A stretch of DNA of 64,000 nt, from contig CAIRTM010000047.1 of NCBI GenBank assembly GCA_903881505.1, positions 16,248 through 80,247 of the forward strand, in the 5' to 3' direction. Numbering within the stretch: position 1 is the stretch's first letter; each line of letters opens with the position of its first letter. The notes below the pieces were generated by a model that had not been told where the DNA came from, ran no database searches, and saw only the letters and a program-made list of their open reading frames with translations. Shown here piece by piece: positions 20,437 through 29,709 of the stretch. The DNA is from an uncultured delta proteobacterium. GTDB taxonomy: Bacteria; Desulfobacterota; WTBG01; CAIYCZ01; CAIRTM01. Made by a program: the position numbers and the translations under genes.

Positions 20437-21186
20437 TCAATCTTCAAATATACTGAGCACACCATCACCGCCCCCGTTTTCACGTATCGAAAGCTCCGCA
20501 TCGGCAACTTTTTTAAACAGGCCCGAGAGTGCCTGGTCTGCGACATACCGGCCCAGTTGCTCCTGCGTTACTGCCTGCACAGCCTCGGCCTGCTGCTGAG
20601 CGGTTTCGATCTGCTGCTGAACATCCGCCGCCGCCGCAATTGCCTGGTCCGCCGTTTCCCTGGCTTCCTGCAGCCTGCCATACAGCTCGACGGCCCCGTT
20701 GAGATGGAGCTCTTCGGTTATCGCAGGCACCAGGGCCTCCCGCACGACTGCGCCGCCCTTTTCTTTCAAATAATCGGTGGCGGCGGTATTGCCGGCATCC
20801 AGCAGATTCTCAAGGGTGGGCGCATCCATATTCGTCACGATATTTTTCAGGGCAGGCCCGGCCGCCGGAATAGTATGTTCAGCCGCCTGGTTTATCAGGG
20901 TTTCCAGCAGCGCTGCCTGCGGATTTTTCTGCACATCCCTGGCGATACCGATGGCCAGCCCCAGGGGCGGAGGCAGCAGGATGCGCACCAGCGGGTCATC
21001 GAGAAACCCGCCCTTCGCCGCCAGCTGACCGACCACCGAATCAATACCGTTTGTCAGCCGCTGGCCGAATTGATCGGCTAAGAACTGCTGGACCTTGACG
21101 TGTGCGGTCTGCTGGACGCTGTCGACAAAAGAGGCACAGGAAGACACAAACATTGCTGCCAGCATAAGTATTGCACTGCGACGCAT
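20437..21186 (-). CDS. DUF4197-like secreted/lipoprotein
   Basis: Signal peptide MRRSAILMLAAMFVSSCASF. The mature part is rich in Q/A/L and resembles DUF4197. Start placed at 21186; ORF track extends to 21261. Confidence 0.5.
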   Translation of the reverse strand: MRRSAILMLAAMFVSSCASFVDSVQQTAHVKVQQFLADQFGQRLTNGIDSVVGQLAAKGGFLDDPLVRILLPPPLGLAIGIARDVQKNPQAALLETLINQAAEHTIPAAGPALKNIVTNMDAPTLENLLDAGNTAATDYLKEKGGAVVREALVPAITEELHLNGAVELYGRLQEARETADQAIAAAADVQQQIETAQQQAEAVQAVTQEQLGRYVADQALSGLFKKVADAELSIRENGGGDGVLSIFED

Positions 21187-21493
21187 AACGATCCCCAAAA
21201 AGTATCCATTTATAACAACACGAAAATCAGCGACACTATACTGATTTTGTATTTTTATCAATCGGAATTAACATGGTGTCCCCAGATTTGCCCCAACCCT
21301 CCCGCTTTTTTGCTAAAAAAGTCGGATTTTACGAAGTTCGTATAACATGAGAATAGCCATGTTATGCGAAATTACGACATCAAATTCATTGACTTTCACA
21401 TGCTTTAAATATATCGTCCGGCCATCATAACCAGCCAAAATCCACCAAACCGGAAGTTCGCATATTAATTGTTAGACAAACGAAAAATAAATT

Positions 21494-22129
21494 ATGACAT
21501 ACCACGACCCACTCACTCAGCTCCTCATTTCGCTTGTAACAACTCTTGCTCTATCTGTTTTAGTTTTGTTGTGTTACAGAAACTCAACCGCCAATCAAGA
21601 CCAAAAATATTTAACCTTTTGGCCAAGGTTCTTTTCCCCCTTGGTTGATGGCCTTTTTCTGTGGCCACTAACCGAATTAATACCTTATATCTTAAGTTTT
21701 GAGCTTCCTACATTCATCGCACTCATACTTTGGTTCACACAAAGTATTGGTTGGTATGTGTATCAGGTTTATATGCATGGCAAATACGGCCAGACATTTG
21801 GCAAGTGGGCTTGTAAAGTGAAGGTAGTAACTTTCAGAGATGAAAAAAATATTAATTTTAGAATAGCATTGCTTCGCGATAGCATTCCAATCGTACTTTT
21901 TGTGTTGGTTCTTATCGTTTACTTTTATCTCATAGTTGCAGGCAGGCTCACAGTTTCTGAACTATATCGCCCAACCCCTGAGAGCATTCAAACACATTTA
22001 TATCTTTTACTCATACCAATGCTTTGGTTTTTTGCAGAGTTAATAACTATGCTCACTAACAAAAAAAGAAGAGCGCTACATGATTTCATTGCTGGAACAG
22101 TAGTAGTTAGAACGAACATAACAGATTGA
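21494..22129 (+). CDS. RDD family membrane protein
   Basis: 211 aa with TM helices. Conserved R...D...D pattern (GQTFGKWACKVKVV...RRALHDFIAGTVVV) typical of RDD. Confidence 0.55.
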   Translation: MTYHDPLTQLLISLVTTLALSVLVLLCYRNSTANQDQKYLTFWPRFFSPLVDGLFLWPLTELIPYILSFELPTFIALILWFTQSIGWYVYQVYMHGKYGQTFGKWACKVKVVTFRDEKNINFRIALLRDSIPIVLFVLVLIVYFYLIVAGRLTVSELYRPTPESIQTHLYLLLIPMLWFFAELITMLTNKKRRALHDFIAGTVVVRTNITD

Positions 22130-22203
22130 TCTTAAAACAGACATAGGGGAGGTGCTATAAAGATACTATAGCCATCGATTAAATCATTTGGACAATATTA
22201 CAC

Positions 22204-23043
22204 ATGCCGACAGAAAAAACCTTCAACGCTAATGCTGTCGAACTAAATTATTTTGACGCCGGGGTTACTTCGGCAGATCCGCTCATTATGCTCCATGGGG
22301 GCGCGTGGTGCTGGCAGGAATATCTTTCTCTTATCCCCAGCCTGGCAAAAAGATGGCACATCTATGCGCTGGACCTCAGAGGGAATGGCCGGTCAGCCTG
22401 GGTTCCCGAAACGTATCGCTTGCAGGATTTCGTTGAAGACAACGCGCAATTCCTCAAGCGATTGGATAGGCCGGCAATCCTCATGGGACATTCGATAGGC
22501 GGCGTCATTGCACTCATGCTGGCCGGACAATATCCTGATATGGTGAAGGCACTCATCCTTGAGGATATAGTCCTGACTTTGGACAACTACCGTGGGGTCA
22601 TTGATTCGTGCAGGGATATGTTTGCTCTTTGGCTGAACCTTAAACAATCCGCCAAATCCGAGCAGGAACTCGCCCTGGCACTGGCTGAGGCCTACAGGGA
22701 TTACCCGGGGGTAACCAGCACATGGATACTGTTTTTTGCTAAATGTCTAAGGCAGCTCGACCCCACATTTTTCAATGCGCTGCTCCACAATTTCGAGGGC
22801 TTTGCCGCAGGATATGATTACAAACATATAATGAAAACGATCAACTGCCCCCGGCTGTTTCTGCGAGGTGAACCCAAGTTGGGAGCGGTAATGACGGATG
22901 AAGAAATCTCATGGCTCCAAAAACATTGCAGCAACGCGAAATGTGCTTTGATTGACGGAGTCGGCCATTTGCTCCATCTTGATCCACACGGCCAGACGCC
23001 GGTGCTGACTGAAATAGTAGAATTCCTGGACAAAAGCAAGTAA
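22204..23043 (+). CDS. alpha/beta-fold hydrolase
   Basis: HGG oxyanion motif (IMLHGGAWCW), nucleophile elbow GHSIGG, and a C-terminal His (DGVGHLLHLD). Confidence 0.65.
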   Translation: MPTEKTFNANAVELNYFDAGVTSADPLIMLHGGAWCWQEYLSLIPSLAKRWHIYALDLRGNGRSAWVPETYRLQDFVEDNAQFLKRLDRPAILMGHSIGGVIALMLAGQYPDMVKALILEDIVLTLDNYRGVIDSCRDMFALWLNLKQSAKSEQELALALAEAYRDYPGVTSTWILFFAKCLRQLDPTFFNALLHNFEGFAAGYDYKHIMKTINCPRLFLRGEPKLGAVMTDEEISWLQKHCSNAKCALIDGVGHLLHLDPHGQTPVLTEIVEFLDKSK

Positions 23044-23170
23044 CAGCCAATAATATAAGAACTCCCAACACGTCAATGCTGCGGACAGCCGTTGGCCGCC
23101 GCTGATATTTACGTTAGTTTTTAAAATATCATGGGTCAAGACCCAACTGAAATGTCAGTGGGGGTTACTA

Positions 23171-23731
23171 ATGGTAAAAAATTCCGAGGAATATAATCTA
23201 CACATTCAGAACATGGAGATGTACGCACATGGTGCAAAAGATAAAAATATATCTGTTTTTCAGTTTCTTTATGAAAATGTCGGTCTGGAAACTGACCTTG
23301 CCAATGAATTGATTAGCAACTGGACTCCTCCCGAAAATCACACATCGCCCGCAACACTGGAATCAAACACGGCTCAAACAGGAAATATAACTTTACAATT
23401 AGATAATAATACGGATGCATGGGATAAGATTGGATATTTTATAAGCGCTTTGATTTGGAATATCGCAATCGTTTCTGCTGCGTGCTTTCTTGCAGCCTGG
23501 GGACTCGATATATTCGGATCTCTTATTGAAAGTGAAATAATTCGCGGTGTTGCATATGTGTTTGCATTATTAGCTACTATGTCAATGTTTTGGTTTGGCT
23601 TACTCGCGGGAATACTTTCCGTATCTATTACATGCAAAAAATGTGGTTCTCGCATTATGACATTGAACCCTCCATTTTTCGTCTCTTTAATAAAATGCAC
23701 GTGCGTTAATTGTGAAAACAAGAATGCCTAA
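23171..23731 (+). CDS. hypothetical membrane protein with C-terminal Cys-rich tail
   Basis: 186 aa in the low-GC island. Two or three hydrophobic helices, then CKKCGSR...CTCVNCENK. No recognisable family. Confidence 0.35.
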   Translation: MVKNSEEYNLHIQNMEMYAHGAKDKNISVFQFLYENVGLETDLANELISNWTPPENHTSPATLESNTAQTGNITLQLDNNTDAWDKIGYFISALIWNIAIVSAACFLAAWGLDIFGSLIESEIIRGVAYVFALLATMSMFWFGLLAGILSVSITCKKCGSRIMTLNPPFFVSLIKCTCVNCENKNA

Positions 23732-24014
23732 CAAATCGCTCGAGAATCGACGCGCTTAAATTCACGCGCGCCTCAGCTCAATCGTTACAGTATCTCGCAG
23801 CGTTTCCATCTCCTCCAGCCTGCGCAGCCCAGCGCGCACCGGCAGCACGACCACGCACGCGCTCATAATCAGGGCGAACGAGGCCGCGATTTTGATCCAG
23901 CCAAACCCGTCCAGTTCGCGGCCCTGAAACGCCGCCGTCACCGGCAGAAGAGCGGTATCGGGACAGGCGCATTACGACCTGAAAACAGTGCGCGCGACGC
24001 AGAAAGCGGGTCCG

Positions 24015-24042
24015 CCCTTCGCAGCAGGCCTGCTGCGAAGGG
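24015..24042 (-). terminator. GC-rich perfect palindrome (13-bp arms) downstream of the 24064..26313 gene
   Basis: cccttcgcagcagg/cctgctgcgaaggg, immediately 3' of the minus-strand gene end. No clean U-tract. Confidence 0.3.
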
Positions 24043-24063
24043 TGTGCATGTGGGGGCGGACAG

Positions 24064-26313
24064 TTATCGCATGGAAAGCTGGCGGGTGATAAAAGCCCGG
24101 ATGGATTCGTTCAGATGGCGCGCTTCAAGCTCCGCCAGAAACCCATCCCATACCAGGGCATGGCGTTCAGCGGGCATCTGCTCCATCAGGCTGATGCAGC
24201 GCTGCCATTCAATCTCGAGTCCGCGCGCGTACATATCGCAGCTGAGCATGTCCGGCGGCAGGAGCCTGCGCCAGTAACGGCACAGCGTTTCAGCAAAGCC
24301 GCTTCCCACGCCGCGGTAAAAATCATCCTGCAGCGCGGCATCGAGTTTCCCGCCGACCGAGCTGTCGAGCGGATAATTGAGCGCATGCAGGGGATCAAAA
24401 AGCATCTCCGCGCCGACAAGCCTGCCGATACCCTGCACCGCACGCCCCCGGTATGCCGCCGGCACGGCATCAATATCGCGCATGAACAGGCCCTCGACCG
24501 TGCGGTCGTCATAGGCGCTCACGCGGTCGGTAAACTGCGGGCTGTATTCATTGACACTGCCGTTTCTGAAGCGTTCCAGGAACGCCCTGAAGAAAAACCG
24601 CTCTGAGGCCGGCATATTGCCGAGCAGCGCCGGGCGGTTCAGCAGAAAACCGTAATAGCGGTAGCCGAGCACCTGGGCGCCCCAGTTCGTATAAAAAATA
24701 TCGGGATAGCGCCCGGCGAGCGCCTGCACCCATGGCGCCTGCGCCTGCTCCGGCATGGCGTGCAGCACACGCAGCAGCCCGTATACAAGCGCGCCGCGCC
24801 ACGCCGCGGGGGTTTTTTCAATATAGCCGGCAATGCTCTCCGCCGGATCGGGCGTATCAAGCGCGCCAGAAGCAAGCCGGGCCGCCAGGGCGCGGAAGGC
24901 CTCCTCGCGGTTGTCATCCGGATAGCCTGCCGCAAGGGCTTCCGCGCTGCTGAACCCGGATGACCAGCGTGACGGGATCATCAGGCGGCTGGCATACTGG
25001 TCAAAGTTATACCCCTGGTACAGGAAAATTCTGCGCTCGTCCCCGCGCGAGAGCAGCCCTGCCGTACGCGCCAGATTGAACGCCGCGACCAAAACCACGA
25101 CAGACCATGCACAGGTTTTAAGGATCCCCGAGCGCGAAGCGGACAGCAGTGCCAGGCCGATGCCCGCGCACGCGAAATAAAAAGGGAAAAGAATGGTCAC
25201 CCACCGGCAGCGGATCACGTCGGCAGGCGCGAAGCTGGCGAATACGCCGATCGTGGGCCAGTATTCGAGCGGGTTGACCTGCATGGGGGAAAGAGCAAGG
25301 CACACAAGGAAAAAAACCGGGAACAGGGCGACAAACAGGCACAGCCGCTGCGGCACTGCGGACCGACGATTCCCTCCCCCGGGCAGGGCATTAACCGCGG
25401 CGGGAGCGCGCACGGACGCGGCTACGACAGCAATGCACGCTGCCAGCAGCAGAAGCGCGACGGCAGCTCCGGCCCAGCCGATCTCGCGTGAAGGGTAGCC
25501 GTAGCCCAGCGTATAGGGCACGGTATGGAAAAACGTCTGCGCAAACGATGCGGGCGACAGTGAAATGTTTTTAAAAAGTCCTGCCAGGAAGCTCCCGCCG
25601 CCGGCCGAGTAAAAGGCGGTGCGCCACAGCCAGGGCGCAAAACCGGCAAGGCCTCCCGCGCACAGGGCGCAGATAGCGCGCAAAGAAATCATCCGCGGCC
25701 TGCAGACAAGCACGAACAGCATGCAGAACGCGTTGAAAATGATATAGCTGTAGAACGCGTATGTGCCCAGCCCCGCGCACAGGCCGAAAAGACACCACAG
25801 CAGGAGCGGGACCTGTTTCGCATCTTTTTCGAGCATGCGGCAAAGGCATATCAGCTGCACGATCAGAATCTGGTTGATCATGTAATGCGAGCTGAACGTG
25901 CCGACCAGGCTGAGCCGGGCGAACATGGGCGGCGGCAGGGCGAACAGGGCCGCGCACACAAGCGCGGCCGTCCTGCCGCAATAGCGGTTGAGCAGATACA
26001 CCCAGCCGAGCATGCACGCGAGCGTGCTCAACAGCGCGCACAGCTTGACCGTGAACACCGAATGCCCGAACAGGGCTGCCAGCGGATACATGAGCAGGGC
26101 CTCGATCATCATGTCGCCCGAGCGCTGCTCATACTGATAGGCCATGACAGGCGCGCGCAGGGTGCCGTGCAGCAGGTCAAACGTCAGTGTGCCGGATACG
26201 GGCTCATCGAAACAGGGGTGGGATATGTGCGAGAAGCCGTAGAACATCACGGCAAAACGCGATGCGCCATACAGCGCTACCAGCACTATCAGAACAAGAT
26301 AAAAACGCTTCAT
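24064..26313 (-). CDS. GT-C-like polytopic membrane protein (PMT_2/ArnT-like N-terminal half) with ~370-aa C-terminal soluble domain
   Basis: 749 aa. The N-terminal ~380 aa are hydrophobic with more than 10 helices; the C-terminal half is hydrophilic and of unknown family. Confidence 0.45.
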   Translation of the reverse strand: MKRFYLVLIVLVALYGASRFAVMFYGFSHISHPCFDEPVSGTLTFDLLHGTLRAPVMAYQYEQRSGDMMIEALLMYPLAALFGHSVFTVKLCALLSTLACMLGWVYLLNRYCGRTAALVCAALFALPPPMFARLSLVGTFSSHYMINQILIVQLICLCRMLEKDAKQVPLLLWCLFGLCAGLGTYAFYSYIIFNAFCMLFVLVCRPRMISLRAICALCAGGLAGFAPWLWRTAFYSAGGGSFLAGLFKNISLSPASFAQTFFHTVPYTLGYGYPSREIGWAGAAVALLLLAACIAVVAASVRAPAAVNALPGGGNRRSAVPQRLCLFVALFPVFFLVCLALSPMQVNPLEYWPTIGVFASFAPADVIRCRWVTILFPFYFACAGIGLALLSASRSGILKTCAWSVVVLVAAFNLARTAGLLSRGDERRIFLYQGYNFDQYASRLMIPSRWSSGFSSAEALAAGYPDDNREEAFRALAARLASGALDTPDPAESIAGYIEKTPAAWRGALVYGLLRVLHAMPEQAQAPWVQALAGRYPDIFYTNWGAQVLGYRYYGFLLNRPALLGNMPASERFFFRAFLERFRNGSVNEYSPQFTDRVSAYDDRTVEGLFMRDIDAVPAAYRGRAVQGIGRLVGAEMLFDPLHALNYPLDSSVGGKLDAALQDDFYRGVGSGFAETLCRYWRRLLPPDMLSCDMYARGLEIEWQRCISLMEQMPAERHALVWDGFLAELEARHLNESIRAFITRQLSMR

Positions 26314-26375
26314 AGGTCAGCCCTGAACAAGAACGCTCCCCGGCTGCATGCAGTACCGCAGGCATGCCGGCCGTA

Positions 26376-27704
26376 TCACAGGCTCCCGCGCAACGAGACC
26401 ATCTCCCGCGCCGCCTCTGCCGCGCGCATGCCGTCCAGCACGGCATCCTCCATGGCCGAATACACCCAGCGTCCGTAGCGGCCGGCGAGCGCAACGCCGC
26501 TGTCCCGGCACCAGTCCGCAACCATCTTCATGTCGTCGGGATACTCGCGGTGAAAAATGACATAGCCGTTTTCGATCAGGCGATAATCCATGAACAGGAT
26601 ATCATCGGGGCTTTTGAAAAGCCCCATCGTCAGCAGCAGCTCCACGCTTGCGCGTTTGAAGGCGGCTTCATCGGCGAGCGCGCCCTGGTGCGTGTGCTCG
26701 ATATAGGCCGCCGAGCGGCCCGGCGGGGCCATGGGCGCATGCGCGCTGCTGTAGAAGCCGACCCGGTAGGGCATGAAACGCTCTTCGGGAATATAGAACC
26801 AGTGGCCCGGATGCGCCGGCGGCGCTGTAAAGGCCGCGTTGCAGTAGCTGACCGAGGCGATTTTCATGCGGTCGGCAGCCGCATGCAGCCGGTCGGATTC
26901 ACCGCAGCGCACCAGACGCAGCAGATCGCGCAGGGGGATGGTGCTGACCAGCGCGCCGAAGCCGATCTCGTCGCCGCTCGCCAGGCGCGCCACTCTGCGC
27001 CGCATGTCGATGGCGACGGGACGGGCATCGAACATGAAGCGCTCCCGCGGGCACAGGCGGAAAAGAGCGGCCGGCAGCGCCCCGATGCCGCCGCGGGCCG
27101 GGTAGCTGAAGGTCGCGTTATAGCCCGCGCTGTCATGCCCGGGATCGGTGAGCGCGCCGTCGACGACCTGCTCGATGGTCGGCACCGGTATGTAGGTGTC
27201 GCACCAGTGGCAGGCGAATTCGCGCGGATGCACGGTATAGAGCTTTGAATTGTAGGGGATCATGAAATGCCGGGAAATGCCCTCGCCGAGGCTGGCCATG
27301 CACCACTCATAAAAATTCTCCGGCGGCCGCGGGCGGCCGCTTTCATAGCGCGCGCGGATAAAGCCCAGCAGGCATTCCCTGATCACCCGCGGCGGCAGGC
27401 CGAAGGTGTGCGACTGGAACGGATAGCAGGTGACGGTGCCGTGCGAAAAAACATGCGACCTGCGCTCAATCGTGACCCAGTCCACGCCCGGCAGCGAAGC
27501 GGCAAGCCGCCGCATCCGCTCATCGCGCATGTGCAGCCAGTGCCCTGTGCGGTCGAAGACAAAGCCCTGCTTTTCCTCGCTTGTGCACAGGCCCCCGGGT
27601 GCGCTGTTTTTTTCAACCACCAGGTACTCGTCCCCGGCCAGGTGAAAGGCCGCGGACAGCCCTGAAAGGCCGGCCCCGAGGATGAGCGTCCGTGTCGTTT
27701 TCAT
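26376..27704 (-). CDS. FAD-dependent oxidoreductase, amine-oxidase/protoporphyrinogen-oxidase-like (Glf-like not excluded)
   Basis: N-terminal dinucleotide-binding motif ILGAGLSGLSAAFHL...VVEK. Central block ENFYEWCMASLGEGISRHFMIPY. C-terminal LAGRYGRWVYSAMEDAVLDGMRAAE, which is the amine-oxidase family C-terminus. ORF track 26376..27725. Confidence 0.55.
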   Translation of the reverse strand: MKTTRTLILGAGLSGLSAAFHLAGDEYLVVEKNSAPGGLCTSEEKQGFVFDRTGHWLHMRDERMRRLAASLPGVDWVTIERRSHVFSHGTVTCYPFQSHTFGLPPRVIRECLLGFIRARYESGRPRPPENFYEWCMASLGEGISRHFMIPYNSKLYTVHPREFACHWCDTYIPVPTIEQVVDGALTDPGHDSAGYNATFSYPARGGIGALPAALFRLCPRERFMFDARPVAIDMRRRVARLASGDEIGFGALVSTIPLRDLLRLVRCGESDRLHAAADRMKIASVSYCNAAFTAPPAHPGHWFYIPEERFMPYRVGFYSSAHAPMAPPGRSAAYIEHTHQGALADEAAFKRASVELLLTMGLFKSPDDILFMDYRLIENGYVIFHREYPDDMKMVADWCRDSGVALAGRYGRWVYSAMEDAVLDGMRAAEAAREMVSLRGSL

Positions 27705-27883
27705 CGCATGCGCCTTCCTGCGCAAACGGCAGCCTCCGGCATGCCTTGCGCACGCCGGTTCCGAACCCGCTCTGACAGTATTAGTAGATATGCGCCTGTG
27801 TTTTCAAGGAAAAAAAGCACGGGATGCAAAAAAAGAACGGCCCGCCCGAGGGCTGCGGGCGGACCTGATGGCGGCGGCGCGTT

Positions 27884-28870
27884 CTACGGCTCGATGATCG
27901 ACAGCGCGATATCGGCCATCGTGTCGCCCAGGAACTTGTTGAGCGATCCCACGCCCGGATCGTTTTCCTTGTACACGGCCCGGACCTGGCGGCGGCGCTC
28001 GTTGATGAGCCTCATTTCAGGCGACTGCGGGTCGCGGGGCTGCGCCGCCCGGTAGATAGCCAGCCAGGCCTTGAAATAGTCCACCGCGCACTTGTAAATA
28101 CCGGCGACGTTTTCAGGCGTTTTTTCAACCGTGCCGGTGATGATATAGGGCGAGTGCAGCGCCCGCACCCAGTGGAACACGCTTGAGCGCATGCCCGGAA
28201 TGAGCGCGAACTCCTGGTAGCAGTCCTCAAGCTGCTCATAATAATAGTTCTGCAGCATCTGCTGGTTGCGGCCCAGATCGTCGCCGGGCATGAGGTCGCA
28301 GATGAAGAAAATATGCTCATCGGACTCATCCCAGTCCATGACATAATAGGGAATGTCATAGTCGGGAGCCGGCGTCACGATCACGACGTCGGCCACCATG
28401 GTGCTGTAAAAATTCATCCGCGACAGGCCGATCTTCTCGAGCTTGGGCGCCCTGTAGGCGCGGTAGAAGCAGCTGTGGCCTTCGAGGTCGAAGTCATGCA
28501 GGCTGCGTATGTCGGTTCCGGAATGCTCGAGGATCTGCTTCGGAGAAAGTTCCTGCATGATCATGTCGGTCAGATGCTGCAGGATGGGGGTGAATTTTTC
28601 AGCGCCCCGTGCAGCAGGCGCTGCCTCGGCGGTTCGGGGGGCTTCAGCACCGGTTTTGGATGAAACCTTCACGCCGGGTATCGTGATGGCGTCCTGGGGG
28701 CACTCGCGGATGCAGGTCCCGCACTCCAGGCATTTCGTCGGCTCGGTCATGATGCAGAGCCCGTCCTCAAGAGCGAGAATTTTCAGGGGACAGGCATCCA
28801 CGCAGATGCCGCATCCGATACAGCGTTCGGGGTCGACCGTAAAAGCCGTTTTTTTGTTGTCACGCGCCAT
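27884..28870 (-). CDS. 2x[4Fe-4S] ferredoxin domain fused to an FDBR-like (ferredoxin-dependent bilin reductase-like) domain
   Basis: N-terminal CIGCGICVDACP and CLECGTCIRECP motifs. The C-terminal ~230 aa carry PAPDYDIPYYVMDWD (compare PcyA PRPEYDLPMFGCDL) and DPGVGSLNKFLG (compare the FDBR C-terminal DP...FG.DW block). It is paralogous to 34836..35531. Confidence 0.45.
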   Translation of the reverse strand: MARDNKKTAFTVDPERCIGCGICVDACPLKILALEDGLCIMTEPTKCLECGTCIRECPQDAITIPGVKVSSKTGAEAPRTAEAAPAARGAEKFTPILQHLTDMIMQELSPKQILEHSGTDIRSLHDFDLEGHSCFYRAYRAPKLEKIGLSRMNFYSTMVADVVIVTPAPDYDIPYYVMDWDESDEHIFFICDLMPGDDLGRNQQMLQNYYYEQLEDCYQEFALIPGMRSSVFHWVRALHSPYIITGTVEKTPENVAGIYKCAVDYFKAWLAIYRAAQPRDPQSPEMRLINERRRQVRAVYKENDPGVGSLNKFLGDTMADIALSIIEP

Positions 28871-29062
28871 GAGTGGTAGTCCTCCCTGCGTCTATCCCTG
28901 TTTTCCCCGGACTGCATGCACGCAGCCGGCGTTCCAGATACCCGTCCAATACGATTCAGGCCTTTAGTTGGATTTCCAACTATAATGAATATACCATATG
29001 CTCCCGGGCCCCGCAACCAAATATTTGAAAAAATCCGCCGGCGGACAACAGCCGTTTTCCGC

Positions 29063-29077
29063 CGGCACGGCACTTGC
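29063..29077 (+). promoter_or_regulatory. sigma-54 (-24/-12) promoter candidate: cGGCACGgcacTTGCt
   Basis: GG and GC elements at consensus spacing (TGGCAC-N5-TTGC). ~90 nt upstream of the small ORF at 29164. Confidence 0.25.
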
Positions 29078-29163
29078 TGCCGCACGCATGAAGTTTTTTT
29101 GGCACCGGATGCTGTTATCTGGTATACTGAGGCTGTCGGGCAAACACATCATGAGGCGCGCGC

Positions 29164-29329
29164 GATGAGTGAATCTGAAAAAGACGACGAGCTTGAAGAG
29201 CTGTTTGCAGCCTTTGACAGACAGTTCGCCGATTGCGAGCAAAAATTCAGCGCGATCGAGGAAAACCTGAAGGTATTTCGTTCCCAGCAGGACGCATCCG
29301 AAGAAACCCCGCCTGAAACGCATGAATAA
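29164..29329 (+). CDS. small acidic hypothetical protein (54 aa)
   Basis: MSESEKDDELEELFAAFDRQF... preceded by a GAGG RBS. ORF track 28916..29329 is probably over-extended at the 5' end. Confidence 0.3.
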
Positions 29330-29709
29330 ATCCGGCGCATGCGCAGAGCCTGCCATAGCGCTGCCATGTAGTACACAGCCGTTCTCCATACTCCCATACC
29401 CGGCATACCAGATACTGCAGTGTCGCACGCTGGTGCCAGCCGCGTAAAAAGCACTGCAGTCCGTGTTTCCGCTGTATTGCACTCGGGCCCGGCAAACAAA
29501 AATCCAAATATTTATTTTTTATTGACAAACAATGCACTATTTCATATATATTAATGATATTTTTGATGTATTGAAGTAGTGCCGGCGTTGACCATGGCCT
29601 GAGAATCCGGCATGAACACCAAGGGATGACACCGACCGGGAAATAATTGCCGCCGGATGGCCCTGTATCGGCACTGCCGGCAGGCATGCCGGGAAATAAA
29701 GGAGAGACG

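Larger units (their letters stand above)
21262..23760. other. low-GC (~40%) genomic islet with three genes, likely horizontally acquired
   Basis: Sharp compositional drop relative to ~62% GC flanks. Contains RDD, alpha/beta-hydrolase and a hypothetical membrane protein. No integrase or tRNA at the borders. Confidence 0.5.

Noticed and set aside
21262-23760. Calling the low-GC segment a defined mobile element (prophage, ICE or IS)
   Set aside because: No integrase, transposase, terminal inverted repeats or target-site duplication could be found. It is reported only as a compositional islet.
26376-27725. Assignment of the 449-aa flavoenzyme as UDP-galactopyranose mutase (Glf), which would imply a galactofuranosyl-transfer system with the adjacent GT-C protein
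   Set aside because: The length (about 450 aa), the N-terminal GAGLSGLSAAF motif and the C-terminal G-x8-D-A-x2-D-G-x-R-A-A-E block fit the amine-oxidase/protoporphyrinogen-oxidase family better than Glf (about 370-400 aa). The Glf alternative is therefore mentioned only as unresolved, not called.
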